This document shows, piece by piece, positions 47,198-57,542 of a stretch of 64,000 nt of DNA. The stretch is taken from the IMG/VR virus record IMGVR_UViG_3300032820_000005; one strand, 5' to 3'. Within the stretch, counting starts at the first letter, position 1, and each line of letters begins with the position of its first letter. A model generated the notes under the pieces. The model was given only the letters and a program-made list of their open reading frames with translations. It was not told where the DNA came from and did no database searches. Both the position numbers and the translations under genes were made by a program. The stretch comes from an uncultured virus (IMG/VR IMGVR_UViG_3300032820_000005). Taxonomy: Duplodnaviria > Heunggongvirae > Uroviricota > Caudoviricetes.

Positions 47198-47851
47198 TCA
47201 TTCTCTCAATGCACTCCAAGAAACAGGAAATTCTTCTTTACCTATAGCATCAATCTTGTCCGCTACAATTCTAGTTTCCTTTTGTGCATCTGGCTTGCAT
47301 CTCAATCCACAAACTCTAGCAAATGCCATCAGCGTTCCTGACCAGTACCACTCTGTCATCATGCTTTGTGGTAATACCATTCGGGCCTGCTCTGGACAAA
47401 TATTCAATTCTTTAATCAAATAATTATACTGCTTCTTGGCTGAATTGCATATATATTGATGGCCAACAGAAGGATCATTCAATATATTATATTCATTTGA
47501 ACTTTCCCATATTTCATCACTGCTACCTTGCTTTTTATTCTCAGCTGATAATCTCCATTCTTCTGGATAATAAAATTCTGGTTCACTGTCAACATATCTC
47601 CTAGAAATTTCATTCCATACCAAGCCCACCTGATGCTTAACAAGTTGCCTGGCCACAAACACAGGAGCTACTATATGAAATTGTAAGCTACAATGGCCAA
47701 AAGGAGTCCAATGATTATGCCCAGCAAGATACTGGATAAGCTTTTCATCTTGTTTAGTAAATTTCGATTTCTTTTTCCCAAAACTAACCCTCGCTGCATT
47801 GACCACTGTAAGGTCAGTGCCCATCTTATCAATTAATGTTACATCCATCAC
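47198..47851 (-). CDS. thyX: Flavin-dependent thymidylate synthase
   Basis: DLTVVNAARVSF, HWTPFGH, VARQLVKHQVG...NEISRRY, EQARMVLPQS. Confidence 0.95.
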   Translation of the reverse strand: MMDVTLIDKMGTDLTVVNAARVSFGKKKSKFTKQDEKLIQYLAGHNHWTPFGHCSLQFHIVAPVFVARQLVKHQVGLVWNEISRRYVDSEPEFYYPEEWRLSAENKKQGSSDEIWESSNEYNILNDPSVGHQYICNSAKKQYNYLIKELNICPEQARMVLPQSMMTEWYWSGTLMAFARVCGLRCKPDAQKETRIVADKIDAIGKEEFPVSWSALRE

Positions 47852-49032
47852 TATTCATAATCCCTAAAAGTAGTAGCAAATGGAAATCTTGGAATTCCAT
47901 CTGGCGTCAAATTTGAAAATTGTACTGTAACCATTTTGCCTATATAATTATATTTATTATTTAGCAATTCTTTATACCACTCAAAATTGCCTTTAATATT
48001 ACTATTGAAAACCTTGCCAGTTTCTTCATCCTTACAGACCAAATGCTTAGCAGTACCACTACGATTACCACTGCCTTCATCTATGCCAATAACCAAATAT
48101 TCAGCATCTGAAAATTCTTTATACTTGAGTAACGATTTAGATCGCTTGGATTCATATCCTTCATTTAAACGAATCATAGAACCTTCATATCCGCCAGTAA
48201 CATGATTATCATACACCTGTGAGACTCTTTCTGCATCATCACACCACCATGTCTGAACCAAACGTAAATTATCCGGCCACAGATCTGTAATCTTAAGCTC
48301 GTGTACAAACTCAACAGTTCTAGTCCAATATTCTGTATCCATATCTTCAGGGCCATTGACCTGTGGAATATCGTATATATGATATTGAATTTTTTCTTTA
48401 GTTTCTTCTAGTATATCCATCCAAGCCTTGCTCATATTAGCAGGCTTTTTCTTTCTGACTAATGAAATAATTTTATTGAAATCTTTTTTATAGTCATGAT
48501 TATACAATTCACCATCTAATATCAAATTAGGATATTCATCAAACAGCGGAATCAAATCATCTAAAATGAGTTTCAGTGTATCAAATTCTTTACCATTGCG
48601 CGAGCGAGCTATTAGCTTGTCATTTTCTTTTTGTACAATACATCTTATTCCATCTAACTTAGGCTGTACCATCAATGGGAAATTATCTTTGACTAATTTC
48701 TCACTATACTTTTCAGCTAGCATTGGAGCAAAATGCGGCTTTTTATTATCTGCCTTTACTGCTTCTTCAATAGTGCCATAGAACCCTTCAGTTTTTCTGG
48801 CCACCCATTTCCTCATAGCTTCTTCTTCAGCTTGATCTTCGGCTGAAACATAATTTTTCTTGTCTACATTTTTTTCCACTGTTTCTGTGGCTTTGGATTT
48901 CATTACTTTATATTCATCACCTACCATTCCAGCTTCAGTATAAAATGATGCACCCGTAGTGGCAATTGTCCAATGCCTTATATTCCCCTTAATATCTACT
49001 TTGTATAAGGTAGGGAATTTTCTATCCTTCAA
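47851..49032 (-). CDS. lig: ATP-dependent DNA ligase
   Basis: PMLA, QPKLDGIRC (KxDG), LDGELY, GYEGSMIR, LLKYKEF, GIPRFP. Confidence 0.93.
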   Translation of the reverse strand: MKDRKFPTLYKVDIKGNIRHWTIATTGASFYTEAGMVGDEYKVMKSKATETVEKNVDKKNYVSAEDQAEEEAMRKWVARKTEGFYGTIEEAVKADNKKPHFAPMLAEKYSEKLVKDNFPLMVQPKLDGIRCIVQKENDKLIARSRNGKEFDTLKLILDDLIPLFDEYPNLILDGELYNHDYKKDFNKIISLVRKKKPANMSKAWMDILEETKEKIQYHIYDIPQVNGPEDMDTEYWTRTVEFVHELKITDLWPDNLRLVQTWWCDDAERVSQVYDNHVTGGYEGSMIRLNEGYESKRSKSLLKYKEFSDAEYLVIGIDEGSGNRSGTAKHLVCKDEETGKVFNSNIKGNFEWYKELLNNKYNYIGKMVTVQFSNLTPDGIPRFPFATTFRDYE

Positions 49033-49301
49033 TTATCTAATTCTCCTTTAATCCATTTTACTGTCAATTCATGATTGTGATTAATAGCTTCAATTTCCTG
49101 CTTAAGATTTTTATTTTCTTTTTCTAATTCATCAACCCGAGCTCCATATTTGACAATTCTTTTCTCCAAAAGTTCTAAATAAACTAAATCAGTTATTTCT
49201 ATATTACCAACCATAATAAAATCCCCACTATAAATGCTATTGGTATTACAACAACAAATACCAATATAAATAAACTCAAAAATATATAAACACCTGGCCA
49301 A
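49029..49301 (-). CDS. Small coiled-coil hypothetical protein
   Basis: Heptad-like segment; the true start is probably the internal MVGNIE. Confidence 0.5.
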   Translation of the reverse strand: MARCLYIFEFIYIGICCCNTNSIYSGDFIMVGNIEITDLVYLELLEKRIVKYGARVDELEKENKNLKQEIEAINHNHELTVKWIKGELDN

Positions 49302-49316
49302 ACAAACTTTTTCATA

Positions 49317-49586
49317 TTAGATATCAAAAAGCATTAGTTGATTTGGATTAGATCTCTCTTTCTCTGGATTGACCATAAATTCAACATATTTACCTTTGTG
49401 TACAACAAATATATCTGGCCAATGCATTGGCCCAATATTTTCTTCATAGCATTTAGCTAAAAACTTCTTTGACATATTAGCATAATAATCTTTTATCACA
49501 TCTCTGATCTGACTTTCTCGATCAATATAATCATAGTGCTTGTCGGCCAATTGCTTAATCATCTTCTTACGTTTAATCTTTTTCAT
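49317..49586 (-). CDS. Hypothetical early protein
   Basis: Directly downstream of a consensus promoter, with AGGTG RBS. Confidence 0.7.
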   Translation of the reverse strand: MKKIKRKKMIKQLADKHYDYIDRESQIRDVIKDYYANMSKKFLAKCYEENIGPMHWPDIFVVHKGKYVEFMVNPEKERSNPNQLMLFDI

Positions 49587-49598
49587 AATAACACCTAT

Positions 49599-49628
49599 AT
49601 TATACCATACTCAGCTAGCGTTTGTCAA
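49599..49628 (-). promoter_or_regulatory. Sigma70-type early promoter
   Basis: TTGACA-N18-TATAAT with a spacer nearly identical to the copies at 35912 and 40051. Confidence 0.85.
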
Positions 49629-49836
49629 GGCTAATTTCTTCTTCTTTTTTTGGATAAGTTCTTTGTTGATGGCGTAATTGACGCTCCATATCTGCATATT
49701 GATTCAATCTTCTACATAAGTAATCCCATCTATATTTCCAATAATCATAAGGATGATCATTGTACTTCCCCACCCATTCTTTCTTTTCAGCTACTATTTC
49801 TCTAATTTTCACAGTTTTGTGTCGAGTATGTACCAT
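49615..49836 (-). CDS. Hypothetical protein
   Basis: 73-aa ORF from the track. Confidence 0.55.
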   Translation of the reverse strand: MVHTRHKTVKIREIVAEKKEWVGKYNDHPYDYWKYRWDYLCRRLNQYADMERQLRHQQRTYPKKEEEISLDKR

Positions 49837-49949
49837 TTATTTGCATTGTCCGTGTAGTGTAATACACTACAAGGGTTGCAAGTACTGTTATATACTCCGG
49901 CTTTACCATGACTAAACAACACAGCGTTCTTATTACTTACGTTAATCAT
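49809..49949 (-). CDS. Small hypothetical protein (46 aa)
   Basis: Strong AAGGAGG RBS before ATG 49949; MINVSNKNAVLF...CNPC...DTKL. Confidence 0.45.
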   Translation of the reverse strand: MINVSNKNAVLFSHGKAGVYNSTCNPCSVLHYTDNANKWYILDTKL

Positions 49950-50050
49950 ACAGCCCCTCCTTTTCATCCTAATACAGATGTCTATCAGTTTTAACCTGAC
50001 TATTAGTATCTATTAAATTTTTCACCATACTATAGGCGAATTAAAAAAAC

Positions 50051-50368
50051 TTAACGCACTCGATACAAATGTAACATTTCAACATTTGTAAAATCTTCTG
50101 GTAAACAATATTCAATTTTGGTATAAGGATCATGATAATGCTTTTCTTTGCACTTTTCATGCTTATTCACTGGCGCCAATAGAATATCATCTACTCTAAC
50201 TTCATGAGAATCCCACAAAAATTTAGCTGTGGTCATATTCCCATCTTCTGTTACCATTCCCCAGCTCCAACCCTTGTCATAATCACCACTGCAACTCATA
50301 AAAAATAACAGTGATGCTGTTGTGCAACTTTTTACTAGTACCCTAATCAAACTTACCATCACTGCCAT
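50051..50368 (-). CDS. Hypothetical protein, possible lipoprotein
   Basis: SLLFFMSC lipobox-like segment. Confidence 0.5.
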   Translation of the reverse strand: MAVMVSLIRVLVKSCTTASLLFFMSCSGDYDKGWSWGMVTEDGNMTTAKFLWDSHEVRVDDILLAPVNKHEKCKEKHYHDPYTKIEYCLPEDFTNVEMLHLYRVR

Positions 50369-50471
50369 TCTTCACTGAATTATAAATCATGGCAGCTGCC
50401 CAAATCAATCCAATTGCCCAAAATACACAAGCGCTTATAGTTAAAATATCCATAATAAACCTTTCTTTTTC

Positions 50472-51122
50472 TTACCTACCTCTACGACCACCACGTTGAC
50501 TGCGAAATTGCTCAATCATGCGTAGCCGCTCTTCTGGCGAGGCACCTTCAAATTGTCGCGCTCTTTCCTGCCATCTTTCTCTTTGAGCAGGCGACGCATT
50601 TCGTCGGCCATTTCTACCTGACGTTTGAGCTGTTCCACGATTTGAACGTTCAGATTGACCACTTTGGCGTACCGTATCTTGAGTGCGTCCAGCTCGGCTT
50701 GAAGTTCCTTCACTAGAACCTCTAGCTCTTCCCTTTTCATTCCCCAAAAATTCAATTGCTTTTTGCTCATAACTATCTCCATTTTCCAATATCACTTTCC
50801 TATTGGTAATTTCTTTTACTATACTACCTGCGAATTCTACCCCTTCTTTAATTACAGTTATTGCACCACCCCGTACAGGGGAATCAGAACGAGTCATATA
50901 AGCCCATGTTCCTGTTAATGCATCTTTACCTACTACTTTTGTGGCCAACAATTTCCATCTTGGAGTTCGATCTGGAATTTTATATCCCAATGGCCGAAAT
51001 AAATGACTCTGTGCCATTATTGGTGCATAATGTATTTCATCTGCTTCTGTCATTTCTGCCCCAACTGCAGGTGCAGTCGAAACTGTTAATGCTATTGTTA
51101 ATGCTGCCAATTTATTTTTCAT
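50472..51122 (-). CDS. Exported protein with a GspC/PilP-like beta domain and an R/G-rich tail
   Basis: Signal peptide MKNKLAALTIALTVSTAPAVGA; LFRPLG...WKLLAT...AYM...VIKEG...IVKEITNRKVILE pattern. Confidence 0.55.
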   Translation of the reverse strand: MKNKLAALTIALTVSTAPAVGAEMTEADEIHYAPIMAQSHLFRPLGYKIPDRTPRWKLLATKVVGKDALTGTWAYMTRSDSPVRGGAITVIKEGVEFAGSIVKEITNRKVILENGDSYEQKAIEFLGNEKGRARGSSEGTSSRAGRTQDTVRQSGQSERSNRGTAQTSGRNGRRNASPAQRERWQERARQFEGASPEERLRMIEQFRSQRGGRRGR

Positions 51123-51555
51123 TCTTTATCCACCTCAAAAATTTTTTCCACTTACTTTCTTTTATTTTTTTCTTTTTCTTTAGTCTTCTAACACCAGTTC
51201 GTAAGGGTTGATTATCAATTTTTTGATCAAAGCTTTCTTTCCTGACAAAACCTCTGGCCATCAGGGCCTCCTGTAGTATATCTTTTTGCCTTCTTTTAAT
51301 CCTTTAATAAATCCCAAGTAATATCCAATTCCACCTCCACCTATTAAGTATAGAAGTAATAGTACAGATATTAAAAGTTCTTCTAATAGTGTAAATTCAA
51401 TCATAATCGCGCTGACTCCATTCTTTAAGTTTATCTAATAATTCATCTGAATATTCAGAATTGAAAATACTAATCAATCCAAGTATTGACATGGCAACAA
51501 CTCCAACAATAGTGCCAAAGATTCCTGCTAATGTAGATAATATTTGCATCTCTTT

Positions 51556-52311
51556 CTATAACCTCTTTAAGTTGGAATCCAAATTAGCTTGTGTTGTAGC
51601 TATGTCTAACTTTTGTCTAGTTTTTTTCTTGCTTAACTTTTGTCCAGATAATCTCTTGCCTAATGTTTGTCTAGGTTTTCGTCTAGTGCTGGCATAGGTT
51701 TCACAGTCCTGTATAATTTCTTCTAAGAACTTGACATATTTATTCAATTGCCTTTTTCCAGCAAATGAATACCCTTCTTTCAGTTGCTTACATTTTTTGT
51801 CAAATGACTCTAATAATTCGTCCAAATATTTCTGATAATGTTTTCCATATTTTCTGGATATATTAACACCTATTCCATTACCAGATAAAAAGGAAATCAT
51901 ATTGAATTCACTTGAAAAATCTTCTAAAAATTCATCAACTTCATGCTCTACTAAACCCAATACTGAATCGACTTTTGGGCCATTGAATACTATTTTTGTT
52001 GTAACGTTGTCTTCATATTTTTTTACTAGACCATTAATAGTTTCTTGAATATTTTTATTAAAATATTTCAATGACGTATATGGAATACTAAAACCTTGAC
52101 TGAGTAACAAAGAAACAAATCCATCTGTAGGAATAAAATCAAAATCTTGCTTTAAATATTTATCATCACAAAGTTTGTTAGATTTTATATAGTTGACAAA
52201 TTCTTTTTTGGCAAATCTAGTTGTTCTATTAGAGTTGAACCAATTCAAAGATCTAATTAATCCTGATTCATCTAAATCATTCGGCCAATCGGGTTGTTTT
52301 GCTATTGCCAT
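51556..52311 (-). CDS. T4-like phage hypothetical protein
   Basis: 251-aa ORF; RSLNWFN and QLKEGYS...RKPR pattern recalled from T4-like phages. Confidence 0.65.
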   Translation of the reverse strand: MAIAKQPDWPNDLDESGLIRSLNWFNSNRTTRFAKKEFVNYIKSNKLCDDKYLKQDFDFIPTDGFVSLLLSQGFSIPYTSLKYFNKNIQETINGLVKKYEDNVTTKIVFNGPKVDSVLGLVEHEVDEFLEDFSSEFNMISFLSGNGIGVNISRKYGKHYQKYLDELLESFDKKCKQLKEGYSFAGKRQLNKYVKFLEEIIQDCETYASTRRKPRQTLGKRLSGQKLSKKKTRQKLDIATTQANLDSNLKRL

Positions 52312-52312
52312 A

Positions 52313-52561
52313 TTACTGCTCTTTATTCCCTACTAAATGCTTGATTAATATATTTAAATTGTTGTTATCATCTTCTAAATCTTCATTCTCTTGCTGTAAT
52401 GAATCGACTTCAACTTTTAAATTTTCAACTTCAATTTCTAATTCTTCTATCTTTTCTAGTTGTTCATTACACAATTGTTCAAATCCAGTACTATTTTTGA
52501 CTAAAATTTCAAATTGCCTAGAATCAGGATAATGTTTCCCTTCAGCCACTATTTTTTGCAT
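52313..52561 (-). CDS. Small coiled-coil protein
   Basis: Clear heptad repeat IEELEIEVENLKVEVDSLQQENEDL. Confidence 0.6.
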   Translation of the reverse strand: MQKIVAEGKHYPDSRQFEILVKNSTGFEQLCNEQLEKIEELEIEVENLKVEVDSLQQENEDLEDDNNNLNILIKHLVGNKEQ

Positions 52562-52962
52562 GATGCTATTCCTTTGTTTTTCAGATAGTATTCTTTTTTA
52601 TACTGAATTCTAGCTGGATCTTTTTCCTTGGCCAAGACTTTCTGTCGATTATCTTGATACCACTTTTGCTTATATTCTTTTCTATATTGATTACGTTGTT
52701 CATCAGTCATTATTATTCTTTTTCACCTTTTTTCTGTGATTTCTTAAATTTCTGTACATGTTTTTGTAAACGGATTCGATTTTTTCGATTTCTAATTTTA
52801 TTCTGCTTCATTTATGTTATAAGCTCCTGAGCTTTTTCAATTTCTAATAATTCTGCATCTGTTGGTTCATCTAAATCATCCAAAAATTCTGCTGTTGTCA
52901 ACATATTGGCTAACACTATTTCAACTCCGAAATCGTCATCAAAAAAGTTGACTAAAATTTCT

Positions 52963-53154
52963 TCAATACTTTTCATTTTCCCACCTCTGTAAAATTAATA
53001 ATGCGGTTAAAGGTTCAACATAGTTTACAAAATTGTATACAATTTTTGATTCCAATACTGTAGTTTCTTGTAAAATTGGAAGTAGACGCCTACAAAATAT
53101 TGTAAACACTTCTGTTTCCACTTCATCCATTAGGTCTATAAAATTAATCATCAT
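52963..53154 (-). CDS. Hypothetical protein
   Basis: ATGA overlap with the upstream vWA gene. Confidence 0.5.
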   Translation of the reverse strand: MMINFIDLMDEVETEVFTIFCRRLLPILQETTVLESKIVYNFVNYVEPLTALLILQRWENEKY

Positions 53155-55373
53155 GCTATGGCCTCGATGAATTTATTCAGGATTACTCTATTGGTAACTT
53201 TACCTTTTGTGTGCTTTTTAAATGCTGTTGTCAACTTGGCTTTTGTCATATCACCATCTGGACTGAATTTTTCACTACCTTCAAGTTCCAGATGTTTACC
53301 ACCCCTTATCAGGAAAAACTGATCATATCCGAACTGTTCTACCATAATATATCCATCTTTTCTATAAACTTTAGTAACCTCTTTAAGGTCAATTTGTCTG
53401 GTGTTTATCTGAGTCTGGATGGCATATTTGAAATCATTATTATTGTTGACAATGTAATAACCGATTACATTAACATCATGACAATCACTTACACTTTTCA
53501 GTAATGCTTTTGTCAAATCATATTGCGTGTCGATTCCATATTCTCGCCGTGTTATTGGGTCAACGATAAAAGCGTTATTATAATCATTCTGATTTTTCTT
53601 ATAGTACCATGGCGCACTATAGCGAATACCAGCGTTTCTGGTTTTTCCATCAATGGTATCATCCCAAATCAGATCACTTGAATTACTAGCCCCATCTGTT
53701 AGATAGATAGCATTTACTTTTGAAATACTATTATCAGTTTTAAACTTTTTAATTATATCTCTACTTATTATGATAGCGTCATTTAGTGGTGTACCACTTA
53801 AGCCCCAAACATAAGGAAATCTTTGACTAGATCGCCAGCAATTGCTATTTGCTCCAATACAGGAACCAATACAATATAGATAGTAGCTACATTTTTCATA
53901 ATCTCTGCTGTTCATTCTACTAGACAATAAATTACGTAATTCAAAATCATTTACTATCAAATCACCAGTTTCATAATCTCTATATTTTCTATCAATATTA
54001 TCAGAGATAGTCAGATCATTAAAGCTGTATACTTCAAATGGGATTCCAACTTTTTTACAAAACAGAGTTAGATTCAATAGTTGTTTAATAGTCTCAAAAA
54101 TGCTATTACTGAATGAGCCGCTCCAATCCAGAAACAATATCAAACCATGATTCTTTCCGCCTGGAATTTCAGTTATAGATGAAAATATATCTTCAGTGTA
54201 CTTATAACTGTGAAGCTTATTAACGTCGATGCGACCTGTCTTGGAAACTTTAGCTCGAGATAGTTGCTCTGCGTTTTTCTTTAGTTCAAACTCTTTGACT
54301 AGATAATTGACAGTTTTAGTAGAATCTTTACGAAATGTTTTATATAGATCTTTATGATTAGACTGAATTTCACCCAAATCAAAAAGCGTTTCTATATTCT
54401 GAACCCAATCTTCAGCTGAAAATTCATTTGAATCTTCACCATGTTGGTAAACATTTTTGTAGTCAAGAATATACCCTTTACTGTTAAGATTTGGTATAGT
54501 CAAATATTCAATTTCCTTGCGATCTTGGTCTACTAGTTCTTCACTATTTTCTTCAAAATTTTCTTGGGTTTCACTCTTTTCTGGTCGGCCACCATTAGCA
54601 CCTTTTCTACCAGTTTTATCAGATTTTGAATTATCATTTCCATCTGAATTTTCGTCGGCTTTACCTTGCTCTGAATCATCTTCAGCTGAATCCTGATCTG
54701 TTTTTTGTCCTTGATCGGAATCACCTTTTACTTGACCATCTGCTGGCGAGCCGTCACCTTCTGTTGCATATTCCATATCATCTGGTAATTTGAAATCATT
54801 TCTATCGCCACCTGAAGCTTCATATACATCTCTGGTTAGTTTTACAACTTGCTCAAAAGTTTCTGCATTTTCGATTCTTTCTACTAAAACTTTTTCATCA
54901 GCTGAAAATGGAACATCTATCAAATTACCAATTTTAAAGTATAGATTGATTCTATCAATAAATGAACATTCTTTGACTTTTTTCTTGGATAGACCAAAGA
55001 AATCTTGGTCTACTAATTCTTGATAGCCGATACGAAAATTTTTCCTTAGTCCATTAAACTTGCGTTTGATTTTCTTTTCGATTCTTGCATCTTCAATCAC
55101 ATTCAAATATGATTTTATGACGGTTGAATGCTCTTCTGAAATACTTTCACAAATTTCATGTAAATCTTTTTGTGGAGTAAAAAGTGCGTGTCCTACTTCA
55201 TGCCCCACTAGTAGATCATAGACATCACTTGAAATATTTTCCCATGTGGGGAGTATCAGCCGTCGATTCAAAATGTCAAAAGCTGCTGTTGATATATTTC
55301 TATGTTCAACTATAAGATTTTCAGTAGCTAACAATTTTGCTAGATTATTTTTGGAAAGTTTATTGACTGTCAT
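53151..55373 (-). CDS. CobT-like protein: N-terminal HExxH peptidase-like domain plus vWA domain
   Basis: LAKLLATENL, GHEVGHALFT, NVIEDARIEK, FLDWSGS (MIDAS), GTPLNDAII, YLTDG. Confidence 0.88.
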   Translation of the reverse strand: MTVNKLSKNNLAKLLATENLIVEHRNISTAAFDILNRRLILPTWENISSDVYDLLVGHEVGHALFTPQKDLHEICESISEEHSTVIKSYLNVIEDARIEKKIKRKFNGLRKNFRIGYQELVDQDFFGLSKKKVKECSFIDRINLYFKIGNLIDVPFSADEKVLVERIENAETFEQVVKLTRDVYEASGGDRNDFKLPDDMEYATEGDGSPADGQVKGDSDQGQKTDQDSAEDDSEQGKADENSDGNDNSKSDKTGRKGANGGRPEKSETQENFEENSEELVDQDRKEIEYLTIPNLNSKGYILDYKNVYQHGEDSNEFSAEDWVQNIETLFDLGEIQSNHKDLYKTFRKDSTKTVNYLVKEFELKKNAEQLSRAKVSKTGRIDVNKLHSYKYTEDIFSSITEIPGGKNHGLILFLDWSGSFSNSIFETIKQLLNLTLFCKKVGIPFEVYSFNDLTISDNIDRKYRDYETGDLIVNDFELRNLLSSRMNSRDYEKCSYYLYCIGSCIGANSNCWRSSQRFPYVWGLSGTPLNDAIIISRDIIKKFKTDNSISKVNAIYLTDGASNSSDLIWDDTIDGKTRNAGIRYSAPWYYKKNQNDYNNAFIVDPITRREYGIDTQYDLTKALLKSVSDCHDVNVIGYYIVNNNNDFKYAIQTQINTRQIDLKEVTKVYRKDGYIMVEQFGYDQFFLIRGGKHLELEGSEKFSPDGDMTKAKLTTAFKKHTKGKVTNRVILNKFIEAIA

Positions 55374-55429
55374 TTTTATCCTTGTTTTTGGTTGTATCTA
55401 TATCGCTTCCTGCGGTTATAACTATCTAC

Positions 55430-56593
55430 TCAAAATGGTTGTTCTGAAGTTTCTTCCAAATCACCGTCTATCTTTTCATACAATTCTTTGAATGCAATTT
55501 TGGTTTCTTCATCAAATCGAGCGATACATAGATTAATAGATTTTATTCTATCTTTGAAAATACTATATGCTTTAGCGATATGTACTAGACGCCGTGTTGA
55601 TATAATTTCATCAACGCCGCCATCAAAATAGGTCTTACGGATAATATCAGCCCAACGAACCAACTTATCACCAAATTCTTGCGATTCTTTTTCATCAACA
55701 TTTGCACTTTCAAATACACCTTTGACTATTCTTAATTCTACAGTATTTTTAGGATACTCTTGCTCAAGAGTAATAGCGAATCTTTCCAGAAATGCTTCAT
55801 TGAGAATATTTGTACCAATGAAAGCCCCACTATCACTGCCTTTACCTTTAGTATTAGCTGTAGCTACTACTGTAAAGCCATCTGCTGGTTTGATCCATTG
55901 ATTGATTTTTTTCAGGTATACACCCTTGCCCTCGAGCACTGGTTGTAGACATAAAATTTTATTTGATGCTAAATCTACTTCATCTAATAACAGTACAGCC
56001 CCGCGCTCCATTGCGTCTACTACCGGCCCTTTGTGAAATACTGTTTCACCATTCAATAGTCTAAAGCCGCCCAGCAAATCATCTTCATCTGTTTCGACTG
56101 TTATGTTTACTCTGACGCATTCTCTTTTTAGTTGTGCACATACTTGCTCAACCATGTATGTTTTTCCATTACCAGAAAGTCCAGTAATAAAAATGGGATA
56201 GAATACAGCAGATTTGACTATACTGGAAAGATCCTTGTGATGGCCCCACGGCACATAATTTTCTTCAACATCTGGTATGAAACTAATCTCTTTAGCTACT
56301 ATACTTTCGGCTGTAATCACACTAGCCACAGATGGTGCACCTTTGACTGCACTTTGAGATATTTCAGTTGGTTCTGTTTCTTGGTTCAAAAATTCTGGTA
56401 AATTATCAATAGGTAGTTTGAATTGACCTCTTTTGAGTCTATAGTTATCAGTAAACCAACGAAAGCTTTTTAACGGAAGCTCATCTTTTAGGTCAACTAA
56501 TGCCTTGTCTAATTCTGCTTTACTGATAACAACTTTACCAAGATGGCCGTGAAGTAATTCAACTGCTTTTGCTCTTTTTTCTGCGCTTGTCAT
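55430..56593 (-). CDS. cobS: CobS-like MoxR-family AAA+ ATPase
   Basis: GLSGNGKT (Walker A), ETDEDDLLGGFRL, LLLDEVD (Walker B), TANTKGKGS, NEAFLERF, ISTRRL. Confidence 0.92.
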   Translation of the reverse strand: MTSAEKRAKAVELLHGHLGKVVISKAELDKALVDLKDELPLKSFRWFTDNYRLKRGQFKLPIDNLPEFLNQETEPTEISQSAVKGAPSVASVITAESIVAKEISFIPDVEENYVPWGHHKDLSSIVKSAVFYPIFITGLSGNGKTYMVEQVCAQLKRECVRVNITVETDEDDLLGGFRLLNGETVFHKGPVVDAMERGAVLLLDEVDLASNKILCLQPVLEGKGVYLKKINQWIKPADGFTVVATANTKGKGSDSGAFIGTNILNEAFLERFAITLEQEYPKNTVELRIVKGVFESANVDEKESQEFGDKLVRWADIIRKTYFDGGVDEIISTRRLVHIAKAYSIFKDRIKSINLCIARFDEETKIAFKELYEKIDGDLEETSEQPF

Positions 56594-56609
56594 TATATAT
56601 ATCCTATCC

Positions 56610-56786
56610 TTAACTGTTGTTGTAACCTAATGTGGTAAAATCATCATCATCTTGATGATATCTGCTAGCCGATACTAATCTTTCGACACTATCGTTGAGT
56701 ATCAATATATTGAATTCAACGTCAACATCTTTACCATGAATGGTAGCTAATTCCTGTAAATCTTCGATCAGGTCTGATAATTTCAT
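56610..56786 (-). CDS. Small early protein (58 aa)
   Basis: Manual translation MKLSDLIEDLQELA...; sits behind its own promoter and AAGGA RBS. Confidence 0.6.
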   Translation of the reverse strand: MKLSDLIEDLQELATIHGKDVDVEFNILILNDSVERLVSASRYHQDDDDFTTLGYNNS

Positions 56787-56821
56787 ATCTGTTTCTTTTT
56801 TCCTTAATTGTCTAATAGTAT

Positions 56822-56851
56822 ATTATACCATTTTTTGGGGGCTAATGTCAA
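56822..56851 (-). promoter_or_regulatory. Sigma70-type early promoter
   Basis: TTGACA-N18-TATAAT with TG extension. Confidence 0.85.
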
Positions 56852-56891
56852 GGTTATTTTCACTTTTTTTCATTCTTTCTTTAGTTTCTTG

Positions 56892-57047
56892 TCAACTAAC
56901 TTTTTTTACAGTAGATGTCCAAGCGTGAATTCTACTGATTTCTCGCCGTGTTGCTCTTCTGAGTCTAAATTCCCAGCTGTTTGATTTTTTCCTAGAAAAT
57001 TCTTTTTTTCTTTGATCTCTGTAATTCTCTGAAGTTGCTTGTTTCAT
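56892..57047 (-). CDS. Small basic early protein (51 aa)
   Basis: Manual translation MKQATSENYRDQRKK...; has its own promoter and RBS cassette. Confidence 0.5.
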   Translation of the reverse strand: MKQATSENYRDQRKKEFSRKKSNSWEFRLRRATRREISRIHAWTSTVKKVS

Positions 57048-57079
57048 ATCTGGTTCTTTTCCTTGATTGTTATAGTGTA

Positions 57080-57109
57080 ATTATACCATTTTTTAGGGGC
57101 TAATGTCAA
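57080..57109 (-). promoter_or_regulatory. Sigma70-type early promoter
   Basis: TTGACA-N18-TATAAT, near-duplicate of the copy at 56822. Confidence 0.85.
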
Positions 57110-57153
57110 GGTTAAATGAGCTTTTTTTCGATTTATTTTCACTTTTTTCTCAG

Positions 57154-57396
57154 TTATCCAAAAGCTGGCCAGCATGGTTTTTGATTTCTCAGAGCTAGTT
57201 CTTTTCGTGATTTTGACTCTTTATCTAGCATTTGTCTGATTTCTGAAAATGTCAAGCTTGGATGTATCCATACAAACCATTTTTCAGTTTCTGTTAAATT
57301 TCGTCCAGCTTCCAGTTCAGCTGTGGCTAATAATTGTGCTTCTGTCATCATAATCTGTGCTTCTCTGTTATTGTTTTTCATCTTTTCTTTTCCCAT
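57154..57396 (-). CDS. Small early protein
   Basis: ORF downstream of tandem promoters; the start may be the internal MKNNN. Confidence 0.55.
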   Translation of the reverse strand: MGKEKMKNNNREAQIMMTEAQLLATAELEAGRNLTETEKWFVWIHPSLTFSEIRQMLDKESKSRKELALRNQKPCWPAFG

Positions 57397-57411
57397 TTTT
57401 GATTATAGTAT

Positions 57412-57441
57412 ATTATACCATTTTTCCTTGACCATTGTCAA
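57412..57441 (-). promoter_or_regulatory. Sigma70-type early promoter
   Basis: TTGACA-N18-TATAAT. Confidence 0.85.
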
Positions 57442-57512
57442 GGCTAATTTCACTTTTTTTCGATTTATTTTTGATTTTTTTCTTTGTTTCTTTTCTCGAT
57501 TGTTATAGTGTA

Positions 57513-57542
57513 ATTATACCATTTTTTGGGGGCCAATGTCAA
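57513..57542 (-). promoter_or_regulatory. Sigma70-type early promoter
   Basis: TTGACA-N18-TATAAT. Confidence 0.85.

Noticed and set aside
53151..56593. Cobalamin-biosynthesis auxiliary genes (cobS/cobT)
   Set aside because: MoxR ATPase plus vWA pairs are widespread in T4-like phages and probably act as chaperones; no other cob genes are present.
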